Shown: one piece after another, positions 36,722 through 46,296 of the stretch
How positions within the stretch are numbered: position 1 is the first letter of the stretch
Layout of the letters: each line of letters starts with the position of its first letter
From: a virus
Taxonomy: Duplodnaviria; Caudoviricetes
Direction: 5' to 3' (one strand)
Length of the DNA stretch: 61,296 bases
Virus record (IMG/VR): IMGVR_UViG_3300046836_000468
Span: 1 to 61,296 of that record
The notes under the pieces: model-generated
Database searches by the model: none
What the model saw: only the letters and a program-made list of their open reading frames with translations
Told to the model about the DNA's origin: nothing
Made by a program: the position numbers and the translations under genes

Positions 36722-37679
36722 TAAGCTGGTCAAAGCACAGGTCGACGCGCAGCTCTCGGTGCTGGTGCCCGCAGCGGAGCTCGCTGTCGGCTACGCACGC
36801 GCCGCCAAGGCCGACCGCACGCGCGAGGAGTACGCCAAGCAGTGGAAAAAGTTTCAGCACTTTTGCGACGCGCAGGAGCTGCCCGCGCTGCCGGCGACGC
36901 CGCAGGCAGTCGCGATGTACCTGAGTGTCCGCGCGGACGCAGGCAAGAAAGTCTCGACGCTCGCCCAGGCGCTCGCCGCGATTCGCCACAAGCACGACGA
37001 GCTCGGCCTCGACGCGCCCAACGATCACCGCATCGTCAAGCTCACGATGGCCGGCATCCGAAAGACACACGGCGTGCGCCCGGACAGAAAGGCGCCCGTG
37101 CTCGCCGAGATGCTCGCGCGCATGAGCGAGGTGCTACCGGACACGCTCATGGGCGCACGCGACCGGGCGCTCTTGCTGGTCTGCTTTTGCGGCGCGTTCC
37201 GGCGCGCCGAGGTCGTCTCGCTCGAGGTGTCAGACCTCGCGTTCGGGAGCGAGGGCATCACCGTCACGCTGCGCAAGAGTAAGACCGACCAGGAGCAGCT
37301 CGGGCGCGACATCGGCCTGCCCTACGAGAGCACCTCGCGCACGTGCCCCGTCCGCTCGATGCGCACCTGGCTCGACCAGGCAGGCGTCACCGAAGGCCCC
37401 GCGTTTCGCAGTGTCGACAGACACGGCAACCTCGGAGAGTCGCTCGGCGCGCAGGAGGTCGCGCGCATCGTCAAGCGCACTGCGGTCGCAGCAGGGCTCG
37501 ACCCGAAGCACCTGTCGGGGCACTCGCTGCGCGCGGGGCTCACGACGTCTGCGGCCAAGGCGGGCAAGAGCATGGCTACGATCATGAAGCAGACCGGGCA
37601 CGGCTCGATCGCGATGGTCATGCGCTACGTGCGCGCCGCCGACCTGTTCACGGACAACGCTGCAGCGGGGCTGCTGTGA
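36714..37679 (+). CDS. Cre-like tyrosine recombinase (resolvase/integrase)
   Basis: RDRALLL..GAFRRAE (R), KSKTDQ (K), SGHSLRAG (HxxR), QTGH (H), MRY (Y). Confidence 0.92.
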   Translation: MSSKLVKAQVDAQLSVLVPAAELAVGYARAAKADRTREEYAKQWKKFQHFCDAQELPALPATPQAVAMYLSVRADAGKKVSTLAQALAAIRHKHDELGLDAPNDHRIVKLTMAGIRKTHGVRPDRKAPVLAEMLARMSEVLPDTLMGARDRALLLVCFCGAFRRAEVVSLEVSDLAFGSEGITVTLRKSKTDQEQLGRDIGLPYESTSRTCPVRSMRTWLDQAGVTEGPAFRSVDRHGNLGESLGAQEVARIVKRTAVAAGLDPKHLSGHSLRAGLTTSAAKAGKSMATIMKQTGHGSIAMVMRYVRAADLFTDNAAAGLL

Positions 37680-37860
37680 CCGACATCGAAAAGTTGATCT
37701 GGTCCGCCGCGTTCGCTGCAGTCGTCACGAACGAGGAGGAGCAGCGCGCAGCTCGGCGCCCGCATCCGGGCGACCCTGTCGGTGCGCAGCGCGAGCTTGC
37801 GAGGTTCGCGAACGAGTCTGCAGACGCCGCTGTCAGCGCCTACCGCGTCAGGCCGGGGCA

Positions 37861-38124
37861 CTAGTTCAGCACCTGCACATCGAGGCTCAGGTCGAGGCTC
37901 CGCACGACCTCGCCCGCGTCCGCGCCCAGCGCTTGCACGCGCAGCCCCGACGCGAGGCGCACCTCCGCGCGCCAGTAGAGCACGCTGTCCTGGTTCTCGA
38001 GCCCGAGCCCGAGCAGCACGGCGCCGTGCGCGCAGCACCAGCTATGCACGACGCGCAGCAGCTGGCCGTGCGTCGGACGCTCGCTGGTCGTGGGGGGCTC
38101 GCTGTCGCGCTCGTCGTCGGGCAT
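37861..38124 (-). CDS. Hypothetical protein
   Basis: GAGAGG RBS; converges on the recombinase operon. Confidence 0.5.
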   Translation of the reverse strand: MPDDERDSEPPTTSERPTHGQLLRVVHSWCCAHGAVLLGLGLENQDSVLYWRAEVRLASGLRVQALGADAGEVVRSLDLSLDVQVLN

Positions 38125-38253
38125 GGCGGGCCTCTCGCCTGTCAGGTAGCCAAAATGCGGTGATCGGCAAGAGCCCTGCAGAGCGCGCTCGCACGCTACA
38201 AAACAGGGCTATTCTGGCGATCGCGAGGGCCGCTGCGCAGCAGCCCAGCTGGG

Positions 38254-38787
38254 TCAGAATGGTATGTCATCGATCGCATCAGGCGGCGCCGCGTAGTCGT
38301 ACGCGCCGTCTGCTGCGCGCGCGCGCGCGCGCGCGCCGAGGTCCTGCTGCCCGCGTGCAGCGGCGCCGCCGCGCGTCTGCTGGCCGGCCAGCTCGTCGCG
38401 GTGCGCGCGCGTCGCTGCGCCCTGCCCGGCCGGCGCGGCCGGTGCGCGCTCGTAGCGCTCTTGTCCGGGCGCGTCGCCGAGTGGCTCGATGTCTTCTGCG
38501 ATGAGCTCGAGCGCGGTCTTCTGGCTGCCGTCGCGCGCCTCGTACGTGCGCAGGCCCAGTCGCCCGTGCGCGCCCACCAAACCGCCCTTGCGCAGCATGC
38601 GCGAGAGCGGCTCGGCGCGTACGCCGAACATCGTCACGTCCACCCACATGGTTTCTTTGGTCCACGCGCCATCGCGCTTGACCCTCTGGTCGACCGCGAC
38701 ACTCAGGTTGAGGACGGCCGTGCCGTCACGCGTCGCGTTCAGGCGCGCGTCGTGGCCGAGGCGCCCGCTGATGCTCCATACATTCAC
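38254..38787 (-). CDS. ssb: Single-stranded DNA-binding protein
   Basis: GRLGHDA, T.WVDVTMFG and G.L..RTY motifs; DDIPF tail. Confidence 0.92.
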   Translation of the reverse strand: MNVWSISGRLGHDARLNATRDGTAVLNLSVAVDQRVKRDGAWTKETMWVDVTMFGVRAEPLSRMLRKGGLVGAHGRLGLRTYEARDGSQKTALELIAEDIEPLGDAPGQERYERAPAAPAGQGAATRAHRDELAGQQTRGGAAARGQQDLGARARARAADGAYDYAAPPDAIDDIPF

Positions 38788-39812
38788 TGGACACCTCCTG
38801 CAGCAAGGGTTTCACCGCGCGAGCTGGGCGCGGAACCAGGCTCGGTAGTAGCGCTCGAGGTCGATGCCAAAGGGCTGTCACCCTGCTCGGCCGCCTCCTG
38901 CAGAGCGAGCGCGCGCTCGGCGGCCTCGGCCTCGGCGGCTTCCTCGGCGAACTGCACGACGCGCCTGCGGGCGATGTTGATCTCCTCAGCCACGATGGGC
39001 CGCTGCGCCTGGGCGAGCTTCGGCCATAGGGCGCGCGCGTCGACCGCGAGCGCTTCGACGACGCTGCTCTCGCGTGCGGCGAGCAGCTTCTCGAGCAGCG
39101 TGTCGAGCGGGTCGACGACCTTGGCGCCGTCCGAGAGCCACATCAGCAGCTCTTGTCCGATCTCCTCGCCGGGGTTGCGAAACACCTTCTTGTCCAGCGC
39201 AGCGCAGCGGCTCTTGCTGATGAGCATCTTGTGCTCGGCATCGATGTCGCCGACCACGTCAAACTCGTATTCAATTTGATCCCGCTGGACGGGGGCCATT
39301 CCGATCTTAGTCGGCGTCTTGGTGCCGTTGGGGCCGGCCTCGAGGATGTACTCGGTCTTCGCGCGCATCGTGCAGATGACGTGCAGGCGAGCAGTCAGGA
39401 TGGCCTCGACCATGGCGTTCTGCTCGGGCGTCACGTCGCGCCACGCCGTAAACGAGTTCTTGCTCTTGCTGCGCGCCGCAGCGTCGTCGACCATCTCCAG
39501 CGCGCCGCCCTTACCGCTCCACGCATGCGAGAGCGAGTCGACGATCAGCACGTCGTACCCCTCCTTTTCAGCAGCGCGGATGGCCTTGACGTACTCGGCC
39601 GGCGCGAAGTGCTCGAGCTCGAGCACGTCGAAGTCCGTCACGTCGCCCGCGTACTTCGAGGCGCTGCCGCGCTCCGTGTCAATGAGCGCGATCTTCTTGC
39701 CGAGGCTCTTGCCGATGCGCAGCGCGGTGTACGTCTTGCCCGCGCCGGACACGCCGACGATAGCGAGGCGCAGCTTGCTCTGACTCTTGGTGGCTTTCTT
39801 GAACATACCCAT
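38784..39812 (-). CDS. Sak4/AAA_24-like ATPase (ssDNA annealing recombinase)
   Basis: GVSGAGKT, IDTERGS, VDSLSHAW and EYEFD motifs. Confidence 0.85.
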   Translation of the reverse strand: MGMFKKATKSQSKLRLAIVGVSGAGKTYTALRIGKSLGKKIALIDTERGSASKYAGDVTDFDVLELEHFAPAEYVKAIRAAEKEGYDVLIVDSLSHAWSGKGGALEMVDDAAARSKSKNSFTAWRDVTPEQNAMVEAILTARLHVICTMRAKTEYILEAGPNGTKTPTKIGMAPVQRDQIEYEFDVVGDIDAEHKMLISKSRCAALDKKVFRNPGEEIGQELLMWLSDGAKVVDPLDTLLEKLLAARESSVVEALAVDARALWPKLAQAQRPIVAEEINIARRRVVQFAEEAAEAEAAERALALQEAAEQGDSPLASTSSATTEPGSAPSSRGETLAAGGVQ

Positions 39813-39833
39813 GGACTCACTCCTTTGATGCAC

Positions 39834-40523
39834 TCACTCACGCCACTGCCGACCGGACAGGATGTATCCGATCTGGTTGTCACTCACTCCGTATTCACGG
39901 CTCAAACTTCGCTTCGTGTGCACGGGCTTCCGCCCCGGCACGTTGAGCGTCCACTTCGCGCGTATCTCTCGAACGAGTTCCCACGTCAGAACCGCGCGCC
40001 CGTTGCCCTCGCCTCGACGCAGCGGCCCGCCGTCGCGCTCGCGCACGGTGCGGTCGCGCGCGTTGTCGCGCTGCGTGCCGACGTAGAGGTGCTCGGGATT
40101 GACACACGGCGGGTTGTCGCAGCGATGGCAGACGACATTGCCGCGAGGCCGGTCAATGCCTGAAAGATGGAGCGCGACGTGCGTTGCCTTGTGAGCCCTG
40201 CCCTCGTGGCGGAACATGCCGTAGCCGAACACGTCCACGCGAGCCGTCCACAACCAGCAGCCGCTGTTCGGCTCTGGGAACGCGCACGCCCAGAAGCGCT
40301 CCTCGAGCGTCTGGTACCCACGGTTTGCGCATCCCAGGCACGCGCCTGCACCAGACCGGAGCACTTCAAAGCGCGTGTCCTGCTCGCCGCCGCAGAGCTC
40401 ACAGCGCACGAGCACGCGCCGCTGACCCAGCTTGCCGCGCTCGAGCTCGCGCACGATGACGCGATGCCCGTAGCGGTCGCCAGGGTTCGCCTCGAACTGC
40501 TTCTGGAAGCGCCCGTCGTTCAC
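39834..40523 (-). CDS. HNH homing endonuclease
   Basis: GCWLW, GYG, VCHRCDNPPCVNPEHL..GTQRDN motifs; C-terminal HTH. Confidence 0.88.
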   Translation of the reverse strand: MNDGRFQKQFEANPGDRYGHRVIVRELERGKLGQRRVLVRCELCGGEQDTRFEVLRSGAGACLGCANRGYQTLEERFWACAFPEPNSGCWLWTARVDVFGYGMFRHEGRAHKATHVALHLSGIDRPRGNVVCHRCDNPPCVNPEHLYVGTQRDNARDRTVRERDGGPLRRGEGNGRAVLTWELVREIRAKWTLNVPGRKPVHTKRSLSREYGVSDNQIGYILSGRQWRE

Positions 40524-41017
40524 TTGATGACCAGCCGCTGGCCGCGCTCGATGCGCGTCCCGACGATGCACTCGCCGTTGCGCTTGTACGCGTCGAGCAC
40601 GGCGCGCTTGTCGACGCTGGTCGTCTCGACGACCTTGGTGCGCTTGTACTCGGCAGGCACGATCGCGAGGTTGTCGACCTCGACGCGCTCGGGGTTCTGC
40701 ACGAGCTTGAACGTGAACGTTTCGCCCTCGATCTTGTCGATGCCGCGCACGAGCATGTTGTGCTGCACGTACGCGCGCAGGTTCTCGGCGTTGCCGACAA
40801 AGCGCCTGGCCTTGGTCTGCAGACGCTCGGCCTCGGACGCGCACGCCGCAGCGTCCGCGTCGAGCTGCGCCAAGACCTTGCCGATGCCGGCGCATTTCTG
40901 CTCGATGGCCTGGGCAGCGTCCTCGAGCGCTGCAGCGAGCAGCGCGTCGCCCGGCTCGTGCTCCTCGGCGAGCTGCAGCAGCTGCTCGAATTGCGCGGTC
41001 AGCTCGTAAAGGCGCAT
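40520..41017 (-). CDS. Siphovirus Gp157-like protein
   Basis: MRLYEL, coiled coil, VPAEYKR..VDKRAV..G..IVG motifs. Confidence 0.8.
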   Translation of the reverse strand: MRLYELTAQFEQLLQLAEEHEPGDALLAAALEDAAQAIEQKCAGIGKVLAQLDADAAACASEAERLQTKARRFVGNAENLRAYVQHNMLVRGIDKIEGETFTFKLVQNPERVEVDNLAIVPAEYKRTKVVETTSVDKRAVLDAYKRNGECIVGTRIERGQRLVIK

Positions 41018-41298
41018 CACGCCACCTGCGTTGCGTAGGCGCGCAGGTCCGCGCAGGTGTCGTCGACGATGGCGCGGTCGAGCTCGGCGATGCGCTGCTC
41101 GCACGCGATCATGGCGAGCGCCACGTTGTCGTAGCGCCCGGTGGGCAGCAGGTCCTCGACCTGGTAGCGCGGCTCAGGCCCGCCGTGCACGCGCTGCGCG
41201 TACGCCGTGCCGTCGTCGTCGACGCCCACGAAGAAGGTCCCGTGCGTCGCGTGCGCGCGCGTCCAGGTGCGAATCTGCCAGCTGTTGTTCGTTGCCAT
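41017..41298 (-). CDS. Hypothetical early protein
   Basis: GGAG RBS; part of the leftward operon. Confidence 0.5.
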   Translation of the reverse strand: MATNNSWQIRTWTRAHATHGTFFVGVDDDGTAYAQRVHGGPEPRYQVEDLLPTGRYDNVALAMIACEQRIAELDRAIVDDTCADLRAYATQVA

Positions 41299-41311
41299 CG
41301 CTCCACGCTCC

Positions 41312-41548
41312 TCACTCACCGAGCCAGCCGAGGACATCCCGGCCGAAGTCACTGATGCCGCCCGCGTGCAGCGCCTCGCGCTCACGGCGCAGGCGTGCGT
41401 AGCGGCTGTTCTCACGCGCGCAGCGCTCGCAGTCGCAGCTCTCGTCGTGCTCGTCGGCGGCGCGCTCGTCGGCGCAGCGCTCGCACAGCTCGCCCTCGTC
41501 GAGCGGTATCGCCTGGCCGCACGGGCAGTGGCGCAGCACGGGCGTCAT
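41312..41548 (-). CDS. Small Zn-binding protein
   Basis: CPCG, CERC and H..CDCERC motifs. Confidence 0.5.
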   Translation of the reverse strand: MTPVLRHCPCGQAIPLDEGELCERCADERAADEHDESCDCERCARENSRYARLRREREALHAGGISDFGRDVLGWLGE

Positions 41549-41844
41549 AGCTGCGCCTCGACGTCCGCCCACGACAGCCCGCGTCGATCGAGCGCGCGCA
41601 GGAGCAGCCCGCTCGGCTGCCAGCGCTGGCCCCAGCGTGCGCGCCCGTCGCGTGCGAGCTCGGCGAAGTGCGCCAGCATCGAGGCGCGTGCGCGTGCGTC
41701 CTCCTCAGCAGCGAGCGCGGGCTCGTCGTAGCAGCCAAGCGCGCGCACCAGGAGCGCGCAGAGGGCGCGCCCGTAGCTCGCGCGCAGCTGGTCCTGGCGG
41801 TAGGCGCGGGGGTCGTCAGCGGTCTCGTGCAGCGGCGTTTCCAT
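41545..41844 (-). CDS. First gene of the leftward early operon, hypothetical
   Basis: ATG abuts the operator palindrome. Confidence 0.55.
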   Translation of the reverse strand: METPLHETADDPRAYRQDQLRASYGRALCALLVRALGCYDEPALAAEEDARARASMLAHFAELARDGRARWGQRWQPSGLLLRALDRRGLSWADVEAQL

Positions 41845-41864
41845 GTATACACGACGTGTATACA
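41844..41864. promoter_or_regulatory. Repressor operator OL: TGTATACACG-A-CGTGTATACA
   Basis: Perfect 10-bp-arm palindrome with a near copy at 42987-43003. Confidence 0.75.
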
Positions 41865-42388
41865 GAGAACGCGCAACGCGCTAGCTGAAATGTCGACGGG
41901 GCGTCATTTCGTGGAGGCCGGGCTGCTCGAACACGCGCGAAACGGGGCGATCGCCGGGGGCGCGCTGCATCGCGACGCGTGGCGGGGGCGATCGCCCTAC
42001 CCGCCAGAACGGCGCGCCTGGCCGTTGCAGCGAGGGCGGCCGGTTACAGCGTCAGCGCAGCGTGACGACGACGAGGTCGTGGCGCGTGTAGTGCCCGCAG
42101 AGCCAGACGGTCGCGCTCCGGCTCGGCCGGTGCTGGCACTTGCGCAGCTGCGCCGCAGGCGTGCGCGTCCAGCCGTGCGCGCGCGCTGCGTCGTCGAGGA
42201 CGCGCGCGAGCTGCGCGCCGAGGTGTGGGGCTGCGAAGCTCGTGCCGGCGTCGTGCGCAGGCGCTGGGGCGGCGCGCGCGGGCAGCGCCGTGTCGTTGGC
42301 GGGCTTGGCGCGCATGCGCTCGCAGTACGCCGTCAGGTGCGCGAGCTGCGCCTCGTCGGCGGGCGCGTCCGCCGATAGCCCGTAGTCG

Positions 42389-42919
42389 TCAGGAGGAATC
42401 GCGAGCAGCGTCCGCGCGACGTCGTCGCTTGTTCGATGTCCCCGTTTGGCGAGATATGTCGCCACTGACCGCCTGTATCCGTCCCCCATCTGAGCCATCA
42501 AGCGAGCTTGCTCGTCGTGTCAGGTTCGCGTCAATCAGCAGTCGGAGCTGGTGCACATCATTTCTGTCAACCGTGCCTGCAGTCAGCAGACTCCACTGGA
42601 TGCGCCGCAGCCGTAGCGCGACAGCGGGTGGACAGTTCGGCCCTTGCTCGGCCAGGTATTGCTCTACAGCGGCCGGCGTGCGCTCCTCCTCGCGCCCGTG
42701 CCACAGGTAGTGCGTCGAGCAGCCGAGCGCCTTGGCGTACGCCTCGAGCATGTCGGGGCGCGGCTCCATGCCGAGCGTGATGTTGCGGTACACGGCCATC
42801 ATGCTCACGCCCATGGCCCGCGCCAGCGCGCGCTGCGACGGGTAGTCTGCCTCAATGCGGAGGCGCTCGAGCCGCTCGGGCAGGCTCTCGGACTCAGGGG
42901 CGGCGGGTCGGTTATACAT
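42389..42919 (-). CDS. CI-like XRE repressor
   Basis: HTH SQRALARAMGVS..EPRPDMLEAYAKALGCSTHYL; divergent from the cro-like gene. Confidence 0.8.
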   Translation of the reverse strand: MYNRPAAPESESLPERLERLRIEADYPSQRALARAMGVSMMAVYRNITLGMEPRPDMLEAYAKALGCSTHYLWHGREEERTPAAVEQYLAEQGPNCPPAVALRLRRIQWSLLTAGTVDRNDVHQLRLLIDANLTRRASSLDGSDGGRIQAVSGDISRQTGTSNKRRRRADAARDSS

Positions 42920-43003
42920 GGCGTGTCGAATAGTACGCGCGGTGACCCGTAAAGCGCACGTCCCGAGTTGCAGGGACTAGATCGCGTCTACACGACGTGT
43001 ATA
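42913..43003. promoter_or_regulatory. OR region: TATACATGGCGTGTCGA (over the cI start) and TCTACACGACGTGTATA
   Basis: Variants of the 41844 palindrome in the cI/cro interval. Confidence 0.65.
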
Positions 43004-43015
43004 TGCTGGCTGGCC

Positions 43016-43291
43016 ATGCGAGGGGACATCGACAAGCGCGTCCGCGCCGCGCGCAAGCTTGAGCGCGCGCGCCTGGTGGAGCTGGGCAAGCGCATCCGCG
43101 AGGCGCGACAGCTTGCCGGCGTGCGCGTCGTCGAGCTCGCCGCGTTCCTCGGCGTCGCCGAGGACACGGTCTACCGCTGGGAGATTGGAAAGCACCGCGC
43201 GCCGGCCGAGCTGCTCGAGGCGCTCGCGGACTTTTTGCGCGTGTCGCGGACCTGGCTGCTCACCGGCCAGGGCGAGGCGCGCGCCGCATGA
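43016..43291 (+). CDS. Cro-like XRE regulator
   Basis: LGKRIREAR..ELAAFLGV..VYRWEIG..LADFLRVSRTWLLTG. Confidence 0.82.
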   Translation: MRGDIDKRVRAARKLERARLVELGKRIREARQLAGVRVVELAAFLGVAEDTVYRWEIGKHRAPAELLEALADFLRVSRTWLLTGQGEARAA

Positions 43292-43749
43292 ACCACAGGA
43301 GCTCGAGCATGCCGGTCGCGGTCTACGTCGCAGGCGCCAGCGCGGAGCGCGAGCGTGTCAGGAAGTGGGCCGCGGCCGTGTCGCGCTCGCGCTCGCTCGA
43401 GCTCGCCGACCGCTGGTTTGACAGCGACGCGCCAGGCCCGAGCAACATGACGCTCACGCACCCGCAGGCGCTCTACCTGCTGCACCAGTATCGCTCGCTG
43501 CGCTGCGCCGCGATCTTCTGGTTGCTCTGGCCGGAGCAACCAGACCACGGCTCGGCGCTGCTCGAGTACGGCTACGCGCTTGCCCATCGCTTCCACGCCA
43601 CGGGCGGCTTTGCCATCCTGGTGAGCGGCCTGACTGCCTCCGCCAGCGCGCTCTCGCTCCAAGCGGACTTCCGCAGCGACAGCGACGCGCTCGGCTTTGA
43701 CGCCGTGCTGGCGCTCGCCGCCACGCGCGCCAGGGAGTCGACGCGGTGA
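43288..43749 (+). CDS. Nucleoside 2-deoxyribosyltransferase-like protein
   Basis: VYVAG N-terminus and GSALLEYGYALA motif. Confidence 0.55.
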   Translation: MNHRSSSMPVAVYVAGASAERERVRKWAAAVSRSRSLELADRWFDSDAPGPSNMTLTHPQALYLLHQYRSLRCAAIFWLLWPEQPDHGSALLEYGYALAHRFHATGGFAILVSGLTASASALSLQADFRSDSDALGFDAVLALAATRARESTR

Positions 43750-44780
43750 GGGACTATGCGCAGGTCAGGCCGACGCTGTGGACCGGCGAGACCGGGCGCC
43801 TACTGCGCGGCAACGCCAACGCGCAGCGCGTGCAGTTCTATCTGCTCACGTGCTCGAGCAGCAACATGGCGGGGCTGTTCTACCTGCCCCTTCCCCTGCT
43901 CTGCCACGACCTCGGGATGCCCTTGGAAGGGGCTCTCGAGGGGCTTCGGAGCCTTTCCGAGGTCGACTTCGCGGTCTACGACGAGCCGACTTCGTACGTC
44001 TGGGTGCTCAACGCAGCGCGCGAGAGCGTCGGGAGCAATCCGAGCCACGCCGACAACCGCGTGCTCGGCATCAGGCGGGAGCTCGAGCGCCACGCCAAGT
44101 GCCCGTTCTACGACGCGTTCGTCGAACGCTACGCAGCCCTGTTTGAGGACAGGCCCGCCCCGGTCGTGCAGGCCAAAACAAGAGCCCGTCCCAAGCCCCT
44201 TCAAAGGGGGTCACAAGGGAGTGCCAATTCAGGATCAGGATCAGGATCAGGATCAGGATCAGGATCAGGAGCAGAATTAAGAGAGAGCGCGGGCGCGCTC
44301 TCCCCGCATGCGCGCGCGCGCTTGACGGCTTCGCCTCCCGAGGAGAGCGAGACCCGGAGCCCAGACGAGACCGAGACCCTGACCGCGACGCAGCTGCGCG
44401 GGCTGTTCCGCTCGACCTGGATGCGCGCCGACCGCGCCGACCCGCCCATGCCTGCCGAGGACAAGCTCGCCGAGCTCGCCGAGCGCGTGACCGACACGGC
44501 GGCGCAGCGGCGCGTCGCGCCGGCCGAGCTGCTCACCACCACGCTCGAGCGCTGGGCGAAGGGCGAGCGCAATGCGCGCGAGCTGCGCGCCCCGGTGCAG
44601 TGCTTTGCGCAGGCGTTCGGCGAGGTGCTCGACCAGACCGAGGGCGGCGTGCCGCGCTTGTCGCCGACCGACGCGCTCTCACGCAAGGGCATGGAGGCGA
44701 TGCGTGCGGGCGACTTCGACCGCTACGACGCCATCCAGGCGGAGCTGCGCGCGCTCAACGGCGGAGGCTCGCATGCGTGA
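43746..44780 (+). CDS. Phage replisome organiser / lytic replication initiator
   Basis: MRDYAQVRPTLW..YLLTC..NMAGLFYLP N-terminus; low-complexity linker; position after cro. Confidence 0.7.
   Translation: MRDYAQVRPTLWTGETGRLLRGNANAQRVQFYLLTCSSSNMAGLFYLPLPLLCHDLGMPLEGALEGLRSLSEVDFAVYDEPTSYVWVLNAARESVGSNPSHADNRVLGIRRELERHAKCPFYDAFVERYAALFEDRPAPVVQAKTRARPKPLQRGSQGSANSGSGSGSGSGSGSGAELRESAGALSPHARARLTASPPEESETRSPDETETLTATQLRGLFRSTWMRADRADPPMPAEDKLAELAERVTDTAAQRRVAPAELLTTTLERWAKGERNARELRAPVQCFAQAFGEVLDQTEGGVPRLSPTDALSRKGMEAMRAGDFDRYDAIQAELRALNGGGSHA
44229..44270. repeat. (TCAGGA)7 perfect tandem repeat
   Basis: Seven exact copies encoding (SG)7 inside the initiator gene. Confidence 0.9.
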
Positions 44781-45276
44781 GGACCGCTCCGACCCGATGG
44801 GCCTCGCGTGCGAGCTGGTCAAGAGCACGCACGCCGAGCGCGACCTCGTGCTGTTCAAGCTCGCGCTCGAGCTGTGCGACGTGCTCAGCACCGGCGCGTA
44901 TCACCCGGCCCGCTTCCCAGCGCAGCCGTACGTGCTCGCAGACAAGACGTTCGCGCAGGTCGAGGCGAGTCTGCCCAACGTCGAGTTCGCGAACGTGCTC
45001 GGCGGCTGGCGCGCGCAGGTGACCGAGCTCGAGGCGCTCAGCGCGCAGCGGCTCATCGTGCTCTGCTCGACGGTGCGCACGCTGCTCAAGCTCGGCGACC
45101 GCACGAGCGACCCGTCCACGCTCGAGCGCATCGAGGGCATGCTCGCGCGCCTCGCCTCGCACCTCGCCCTCGCCTGGCGCATCGAGCCGCCTGCGCTCGC
45201 GATCGACCTGCGCACGTGGACTGTGCAGGTCACGCGCCGCTTCGATCTGCTGCCCCGTGCATGGCGGTACGTATGA
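44773..45276 (+). CDS. Hypothetical protein
   Basis: GGAGG RBS, ATG at 44773. Confidence 0.55.
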   Translation: MREDRSDPMGLACELVKSTHAERDLVLFKLALELCDVLSTGAYHPARFPAQPYVLADKTFAQVEASLPNVEFANVLGGWRAQVTELEALSAQRLIVLCSTVRTLLKLGDRTSDPSTLERIEGMLARLASHLALAWRIEPPALAIDLRTWTVQVTRRFDLLPRAWRYV

Positions 45277-45409
45277 AACTTGCCCCGCGCTCGCACGACG
45301 TTGGCGTATACGGCTGCCGGACGGCTCGCCCGTGGTTGGGGAAGGGTCAAGATTTGCGGTCCGCCACGAGGCGCACAGGTGCCTTAGCGGGCACGTTTTG
45401 GGGGGTGCC

Positions 45410-46030
45410 ATGAGCGAGCAGCGCCCCGTCCCGCAGCCCTGGCCGCACGAGCACGGCCCGTCGCGCGAGCGTGCGCGGCACCTGCTCTCGCACGGCACGG
45501 ACGAGCCTTGCTACGTGCTCGGCATCGACCAGGCGCAGCGCAGCGGCTGGGCCGTGCACGACCTGCGGCGCTTCGTGCTGCACGGCTACACGACGACGGC
45601 AGAGCAGCAGCAGGACGCGCTACGCGCCGTGCGCAAGCTGCCCGGCTTCGACGTCAGCCGCCTGCTCGTGCTGTTCGAGGACCACCGCCACATCCCCGCG
45701 CGCCAGGGCGTGAACGTCGAGACCATCCTCGGCATGGGCGACGCGCGCGGCGGCTGGCGCATGCTGCTCGAGATACTCCAGCATCCCAAGTCGCAGCGCA
45801 TGCTGGTCGAGCCCAAGGAATGGCGCCGCGTGATGGGGCTGCGCATCAACCTGCCGACCGCGGCGTGCAAGCAGTCCGCGATGTTCTGGGCGACCGTCGT
45901 CGCAGGCGCGCCCGTCACCGACGACAACGAAGCCGAAGCGATGGCGATTGCGCAGTGGGGCGCCGTCGACGGGCTGTTCCGATGGGCCAAGAAACGCGAG
46001 CTCGAGCTCGGCAAGCGGAGGTCTGCGTGA
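45410..46030 (+). CDS. RuvC-like Holliday junction resolvase
   Basis: VLGID, FED, V.PKEWRR and DDNEAEA acidic motifs. Confidence 0.75.
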   Translation: MSEQRPVPQPWPHEHGPSRERARHLLSHGTDEPCYVLGIDQAQRSGWAVHDLRRFVLHGYTTTAEQQQDALRAVRKLPGFDVSRLLVLFEDHRHIPARQGVNVETILGMGDARGGWRMLLEILQHPKSQRMLVEPKEWRRVMGLRINLPTAACKQSAMFWATVVAGAPVTDDNEAEAMAIAQWGAVDGLFRWAKKRELELGKRRSA

Positions 46031-46296
46031 GCGCCGTCAAAGAAGTCTGCACGCAGCTCGGTCTGGTGATTCGCCAGCGACGCGAAGCGCTGGGGCTGTC
46101 GCAGGGCGAGCTAGCGGCGCTCGTGCAGACGCAGCGCCCGCTCGTGTCGCGCGTCGAGAGTCAGCGGCACGTGCTCTCGCTCGAGACACTCGAGCGCTAC
46201 GCACGCGCGCTCGAGTGCAAGCCCTCCGAGCTGCTCGCCGCTGCCGAGCTGCTCGCCCTTGCAGACTCCGCGTCGCCCTGTCTGGAGGTGGTCTGA
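46027..46296 (+). CDS. XRE-family HTH regulator
   Basis: IRQRREALGLSQGELA..VSRVES..SLETLERYARAL. Confidence 0.8.
   Translation: MSAVKEVCTQLGLVIRQRREALGLSQGELAALVQTQRPLVSRVESQRHVLSLETLERYARALECKPSELLAAAELLALADSASPCLEVV

Noticed and set aside
38315-38336. (GC)11 run with Z-DNA potential
   Set aside because: It lies in the disordered SSB linker (ARARAR) of a CG-rich genome, and nothing supports a function.
29749-41997. Paired GCGATCGC palindromes at about 29750/29771 and 41947/41988
   Set aside because: The octamer occurs elsewhere in coding regions and is expected several times at this GC content, so enrichment cannot be shown by eye.
42052-42501. ORF downstream of and overlapping cI on the minus strand
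   Set aside because: It overlaps the cI 3' end, is low-complexity and has no recognisable motif, so it was not called.
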